Below are positions 61,481 to 64,000 of a stretch of 64,000 nucleotides of DNA, in pieces; position 1 is the stretch's first letter, and each line of letters begins with the position of its first letter. Source of the DNA: an uncultured Acidobacteriota bacterium (lineage in GTDB: Bacteria > Acidobacteriota > Vicinamibacteria > Fen-336). The stretch covers positions 17,707 through 81,706 of the forward strand of contig CAZNNH010000008.1 in assembly GCA_964574335.1 (NCBI GenBank). Direction: 5' to 3'. The notes under the pieces were generated by a model. It was not told the origin of the DNA, searched no databases, and worked only from the letters and a program-made list of their open reading frames with translations. Made by a program: the position numbers and the translations under genes.

Positions 61481-63042
61481 GCCCGCTCGGGAGCCACCGG
61501 CAGCCTCACCCGGACCTCGGCGCCGCCCCGCGAGGTGTTACCGGCCTCGATGGCGCCACCGTGGTCCTGCACGATCCTCCAGGCGATGGCCAGCCCCAGG
61601 CCGGTGCCGCCCTGGCGCTGCGTGTAGAAAGGCTCGAACACGTTCGGGATGTCCTCTGGCTCGAACCCGGGGCCATCGTCTTCGACTCCGACCCGCACCA
61701 CAGGCCGCTCGCCGGCGCCCTCGACACGTGCCTCGACCCGCACCGTGCCCAGAGCGGGCGAGTGCTGGATGGCGTTCTCGATGACGTTCTCGAAGACCTG
61801 GACCAGTCGGCCGCCGTCGAGGGCGACCTCCGGCAGCCCGCCGGGAGGCAGCCGGCTCGAGAGCGTGACGGACCTCTTCTCGGCCAGCGGCCGGCAGGCC
61901 TCGAGGGCGCGGACCAGCACCGGGGCCAGCGGCCCGGGAGCCAGCTCCGGCGAGTGCGGCCGGCCGTAGTCGAGCAGGTCCCGCATCAGGGCCGATAGCC
62001 GATCCATCTCGTGCCGCAGCCGACCCAGATAGTCGCCTAGGCCCTCGACGTCTCCCAGGCGGGCCTCCATCACGTCGACGGTGGCCGAGAGCGCGAACAG
62101 CGGGTTGCGCACCTCGTGGGCCACCGCCCCCACCAGCGAGCCCATCGCGGCCAGCTTCTCCCGCTCCCTGAGCTGTCCTTCCAGCCGCCTCTTCTCGGTG
62201 ATGTCGCGCGAGACCCCGAGCACGCTGGTGACCGTGCCCTCCGGACCCAGAAGCGGCACCAGGCAGGTGTCGAGCCACACCTCGCGCTCGCCGAAGGGGG
62301 TCACGTTCTCGCTGTGGAACGGCTGGCCCGAGTCGAACACGCGCCTCAGGTTTCCGAGCTGGCGGGCGCTCACCGGCTCCGGAAAGATCTCCGAGAGCGG
62401 CCGCCCGATCAGGTCGCCGACGCCGACCCGCAGCCCCTGGGCGCCGTGGCTGTTGACGAACTCGACGCGGCCGTCCCGGCCGACGATGAAGACCATGTCC
62501 GGCAGGGCCTCGGCCAGGCCGCGGTAGCGCTGCTCGCTCTGCCGCAGCGCCCGCTCGCCACGACGGCGCTCGGTCACGTTGCGGATCACCGTCACCACCG
62601 CCGCCACCCGAGCGCCACGACGGATCGGGATCTTGCGGGTCTCGGTCACCAGGGCGACGCCGGCGATGGTCGTGTCCTCTTCGGAGACCAGGGCCTGTCC
62701 GGACTCGAAGACCTGCAGGTACTCCTGCCGGACCGTCTCGGGCAGGAACGGGTAGACCTCGAAGACGGTCTTGCCGATCACTTCGGCCGAGAGACCGAGG
62801 CTCGCGTTCCAGCGGACCAGGGCCTGGTTGGCCAGCCCGATCCGGAGCTCACGATCCACCACGTGGATGGCGTCGGCCATCGAGTCGAGGGTGGCGCGGT
62901 AGCCGGACTCCGACTCACCCACCGACTCACCCAGGGGACGCGCGTCCAGCTCCCGCTCGATGGCGTCGCGCACCTCGGCCGGCAGGTCGTCCCGCTCGAG
63001 AAGCGCTTCGAGACCCATCGGTGCGAGAGATGCTACCACCAC
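61429..63042 (-). CDS. PAS-PAS sensor histidine kinase
   Basis: Two PAS domains, the HisKA H-box VAHEVRNPL, and a HATPase_c with N-, G1- and G2-boxes (DDGPGF, GGTGLGLAI). Confidence 0.85.
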   Translation of the reverse strand: MVVASLAPMGLEALLERDDLPAEVRDAIERELDARPLGESVGESESGYRATLDSMADAIHVVDRELRIGLANQALVRWNASLGLSAEVIGKTVFEVYPFLPETVRQEYLQVFESGQALVSEEDTTIAGVALVTETRKIPIRRGARVAAVVTVIRNVTERRRGERALRQSEQRYRGLAEALPDMVFIVGRDGRVEFVNSHGAQGLRVGVGDLIGRPLSEIFPEPVSARQLGNLRRVFDSGQPFHSENVTPFGEREVWLDTCLVPLLGPEGTVTSVLGVSRDITEKRRLEGQLREREKLAAMGSLVGAVAHEVRNPLFALSATVDVMEARLGDVEGLGDYLGRLRHEMDRLSALMRDLLDYGRPHSPELAPGPLAPVLVRALEACRPLAEKRSVTLSSRLPPGGLPEVALDGGRLVQVFENVIENAIQHSPALGTVRVEARVEGAGERPVVRVGVEDDGPGFEPEDIPNVFEPFYTQRQGGTGLGLAIAWRIVQDHGGAIEAGNTSRGGAEVRVRLPVAPERAQVAGHSQPNSAPATTA

Positions 63043-63135
63043 CGCGAGACCCGAGGCGCGAGCAACGGCCGGCGATTATGCCGAAGTCGCCCGGCGTGAT
63101 AGGTTCGGCCTCCGGGGGCCGCCAGAAGCACTCCG

Positions 63136-63519
63136 ATGGAAAAGACAGCGCCCGGCTACACCATCAGCGTCGAGTCCGACCACGTCTTGGTGCGCCACAC
63201 CGGCGAGCTCAAGGTCCCGGAGCTCGAAGCCTCGCGCCGGGAGGCCGCCCGACTCGCGAATGAAAGGCGCCTCTCCCTGATCCTCGCGGACATCACCGAG
63301 GCGACGCCCTCGTGGCTGACGACGTCGGAGGTGTTCCGTCTCTGCTCGAGCCACCATGACGTGCTACCCGCGGGAGCGGCCGTCGCGATCGTGTACCGGC
63401 CCGATCAGGCTTCCGACCGGGTGGCTCAGTTCGCCGAGGCGGTCAGCCTGCGCCGCGGGGTGAGGCTGAAGTCCTTCACCGATGTCGGGGCCGCCCAGCG
63501 GTGGCTCTCGCAGAGGTAG
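63136..63519 (+). CDS. Hypothetical protein, possibly STAS/SpoIIAA-like
   Basis: A 127-aa ORF, operonic with the downstream small Cys-rich ORFs. Confidence 0.4.
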   Translation: MEKTAPGYTISVESDHVLVRHTGELKVPELEASRREAARLANERRLSLILADITEATPSWLTTSEVFRLCSSHHDVLPAGAAVAIVYRPDQASDRVAQFAEAVSLRRGVRLKSFTDVGAAQRWLSQR

Positions 63520-63649
63520 CTCCTCTGCCGCCTGCGCCCTAGGCCGGCTCCATCGCGGCCGCCCGGGACTCACCCGCCGCCGACGGAGGGGAGCTGGCCG
63601 CGAGCTGGTATACACTTACCGCATCTCTGGCGCGTTGGGAGGTGCCACC

Positions 63650-63817
63650 ATGGCCATTTACCGTAGAAAGAACGGTTCGGACACGTGGCACTGGTGCCGT
63701 AACTGCTCGCACTGGCCGACTTCCGACTTCGTCCAGAGCAACGGCAGCCCGAGCTCCGGCGAGATCTGCAGCAAGTGCCGCGGGAAGGAGCGAGAGGGAA
63801 CCTGCCGATCCAGCTAG
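63650..63817 (+). CDS. Small Cys-rich (CxxC...CxxC) zinc-ribbon-like protein, 55 aa
   Basis: GGAGG lies 7 nt upstream of the ATG. The protein is a paralog of the next ORF. Confidence 0.5.
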   Translation: MAIYRRKNGSDTWHWCRNCSHWPTSDFVQSNGSPSSGEICSKCRGKEREGTCRSS

Positions 63818-63856
63818 CGCCCTTCCCGGCTCAGCCCAGCAGACGCGGAGACAGTC

Positions 63857-64000
63857 ATGGCCAAGTACCGCAGGAGAAGAGCCTCCGACCGTTGGCATTC
63901 CTGCCGCAACTGCTGGAGATGGCCGACCGAGAACTACGTCGAGTGCAACCACCGACCCGGCGGGGAGTTCTGCCTGGAGTGCCGCCGGCTCGAGCGCGAG
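63857..64000 (+). CDS. Small Cys-rich zinc-ribbon-like protein, paralog of the previous ORF (3' truncated by the window end)
   Basis: GGAGACAGTC lies upstream of the ATG. It shares the pattern MAxYRRxxxSDxWHxCRNCxxWPTxx(F/Y)VxxN...GE(I/F)CxxCR with the upstream copy. Confidence 0.5.
   Translation, partial: MAKYRRRRASDRWHSCRNCWRWPTENYVECNHRPGGEFCLECRRLERE

Overview
This is a 64 kb, roughly 70% GC bacterial chromosomal segment with dense coding on both strands (about 55 supportable CDS). Gene content points to a didermal, high-GC soil-type bacterium: Omp85/TamB, a MacAB-like tripartite efflux system, HlyD, and outer-membrane barrels. I could not find rRNA, tRNA, CRISPR arrays, transposase or integrase genes.

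Main content, from the left:
- a 5'-partial giant ORF fusing a TamB-like domain to an Omp85/TamA-like POTRA plus barrel;
- a cNMP-GGDEF cyclase, myo-inositol-1-phosphate synthase, and B12-dependent methionine synthase metH;
- two GT39/ArnT-like glycosyltransferases, a GH95 fucosidase, a carboxylesterase, a BNR sialidase-like protein and an S8 protease;
- a GntR(YtrA-like)-controlled operon of SPFH, HlyD, ABC ATPase and two FtsX permeases, with a clear promoter and operator;
- a translationally coupled heme operon hemX-A-C-B-E-N-H-Y ending in a CDF transporter;
- a vapBC toxin-antitoxin pair divergent from an orphan ClpX-like ATPase;
- a PAS histidine kinase and assorted TPR proteins.

The best candidates for something new are:
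- a two-gene ABC-type AAA ATPase plus DUF4276 (TOPRIM-like) module resembling split OLD, PARIS, Gabija and Septu defense systems;
- the single-polypeptide TamB-TamA fusion;
- a tandem pair of small CxxC...CxxC zinc-ribbon-like proteins at the right edge;
- a 52-bp palindromic repeat bracketing a DUF885 gene;
- a structured metH leader with two mutually exclusive GC hairpins.

Coordinates taken from the ORF track are reliable. Coordinates I counted by hand (motifs, hairpins, repeats) may be off by 1-2 nt.
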